Origin: an uncultured Chloroflexia bacterium
GTDB taxonomy: Bacteria > Chloroflexota > Limnocylindria > Limnocylindrales > CSP1-4
Direction of reading: 5' to 3'
Assembly (NCBI GenBank): GCA_963759135.1
Contig: CAVWXU010000016.1
Span: forward strand, 69,909-133,908
DNA length: 64,000 nucleotides
Shown piece by piece: positions 62,822-64,000 of the stretch. Made by a program: the position numbers and the translations under genes. Position 1 is the first letter of the stretch. Every line of letters begins with the position of its first letter. A model generated the notes under the pieces. The model saw only the letters and a program-made list of their open reading frames with translations. It searched no databases and was not told where the DNA came from.

Positions 62822-64000
62822 ATGGAGCCGCACGGGAAGGCCGCTGAGCGCCTCGTCGTGGAGCGAGTCCGCGCCGCGCTGCCGGCCGATGCCTTCCACT
62901 GCTACCCCAACGCCGAGTGGCTGGGGCCCATGCGCGTCGGGGGCCCCGCGCGCGACGGCGAGGCGGACCTCGTCCTCGTCCACGCGGAGCTGGGCATCCT
63001 GGTCCTCGAGGTGAAGTCGGGAACCCCCTCGCGCGACCACGCCGGGCGCTGGTGGATCGGCGAGCATGCGCTCGAACGAGACCCGTTCACGCAGGCAAAG
63101 GAGAGCAAGCACCAGCTCGTGCGCAAGCTCGAGGAGCTGCCCGAGTGGCCGCCCCGGACCGAGCCGCGGGCGGGCCACGCGATCGCCCTTCCCGACGTCG
63201 ACCTGCGCAGTCTCCCGCGGGGCCACGTCCTCCTCGGCGCCGACGCCCCGCGCGAGCTCGTCCTCGACGCGGAGGCCCTCGAGACCCCTGCCTCGATCCG
63301 CCGCTGGGTGGAGGGCGCGTACGCGTACTGGCTGGGCGACGGGACGCGGGGCGCACCCCTCGGTGCCCTCGGCATGCGGCTGCTCGACGAGCTCCTGGCC
63401 CCGACCTGGTCGCTCCGCCGCCTCGTGCGTGGGCGCATCGAGGACGATCGGCCGCAGCTCCTGGCGGCCAGCCGCGAGCAGGCGCTGATCCTCAACCGGA
63501 CGCGCACGCTCCACCGCCTGGAAGTCGTCGGCCCGGCCGGGAGCGGGAAGTCGATGCTGGCCGCCGAGAAGGCCCGCCGGTTGGCAGGAGAGGGGTACCG
63601 CACGCTCCTCGTCTGCTTCAACCAGCGCCTCGCCACGAGCCTTATCCACGAGCTCGCCGAGGCGTCGGCGCCGGCGGGGCTCGAGGTGACGACCTTCCAC
63701 CGCCTGTGCGAGCGCCTCGGCGCCCGTGCCGGCGTCCTTCCGCGACGCCCGAAGCCGATCCCGCAGGCCTGGTGGGACGAGACGCTCCCGGGCGCGCTCG
63801 AGGCGGCGATCGACGCCCTTCCCGACGTGCGCTACCACGCCGTCGTGGTCGACGAGGGACAGGACTTCGAGGCCCGCTGGTTCGGGCTCCTCCAACGCTT
63901 GCTCGTCGAGCCCGACGAGGTCTTCTGGGTCTTCCATGACCCGGGCCAGGCGCTCATCCGGACTGATGTCGTCGCCGAGCTCGGGCTCGAGCGCCACGAG
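62822..64000 (+). CDS. NERD-domain nuclease fused to a superfamily-1 (UvrD/Rep-like) helicase/ATPase, 3' end beyond window
   Basis: It is not in the supplied track because it has no stop in the window. The ATG at 62822 lies 5 nt after GGAGG, and frame 2 is open for 393 codons. NERD core: [20 protein letters not shown]. Walker A: [10 protein letters not shown]. Walker B: [11 protein letters not shown]. Confidence 0.75.
   Translation, partial: MEPHGKAAERLVVERVRAALPADAFHCYPNAEWLGPMRVGGPARDGEADLVLVHAELGILVLEVKSGTPSRDHAGRWWIGEHALERDPFTQAKESKHQLVRKLEELPEWPPRTEPRAGHAIALPDVDLRSLPRGHVLLGADAPRELVLDAEALETPASIRRWVEGAYAYWLGDGTRGAPLGALGMRLLDELLAPTWSLRRLVRGRIEDDRPQLLAASREQALILNRTRTLHRLEVVGPAGSGKSMLAAEKARRLAGEGYRTLLVCFNQRLATSLIHELAEASAPAGLEVTTFHRLCERLGARAGVLPRRPKPIPQAWWDETLPGALEAAIDALPDVRYHAVVVDEGQDFEARWFGLLQRLLVEPDEVFWVFHDPGQALIRTDVVAELGLERHE

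Noticed and set aside
59657-63997. 1446-aa minus-strand ORF
   Set aside because: Only 59657..62227 is leuS. Upstream of the [12 protein letters not shown] start the frame runs through the leuS leader, the tRNA-Ala gene and the antisense strand of the NERD-helicase gene, with junk composition.

Overview
This is a 64-kb stretch of a very GC-rich (roughly 70%+), densely coding bacterial chromosome with mainly housekeeping content. The gene set suggests Actinomycetota or Chloroflexota: OpcA-dependent Zwf, three luciferase-like (F420-type) oxidoreductases, and the comEA-comEC-holA and obg-nadD-rsfS neighbourhoods. I can support about 55 protein genes and one tRNA-Ala(GGC). I found no rRNA, CRISPR, transposase or integrase.

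Gene blocks in order:
- cimA, a stand-alone LeuA-regulatory-domain gene, and pheA
- an aldehyde dehydrogenase and a GGDEF-EAL protein
- moaD/moaE, an orphan KamD-like protein and a membrane protein
- a minus-strand aminotransferase / CoA-transferase / gabT / aldehyde-dehydrogenase operon
- a zinc-ribbon gene divergent from an SbcD/SbcC-like pair
- tkt-pgi-zwf-opcA-pgl
- pyrG, tal, rho and a LysM-M23 peptidase
- obg-nadD-rsfS
- holA, an HD protein, comEC and comEA
- a cupin islet, an ABC-2 exporter and an NRAMP transporter
- leuS and tRNA-Ala
- a NERD-helicase gene that runs off the window and is absent from the supplied ORF track

Three things stand out. At least 11 single-base frame disruptions interrupt conserved genes, mostly at G/C runs, which points to assembly indels or genome decay. 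Short tandem duplications of 8-58 bp are unusually frequent, often exactly at gene junctions and promoters. Several genes are uncharacterised: the KamD-like orphan, an internally duplicated 176-aa protein and some micro-ORFs. I see no clear-cut defence system or biosynthetic cluster, and all functional calls rest on motif recognition by eye, not on searches.
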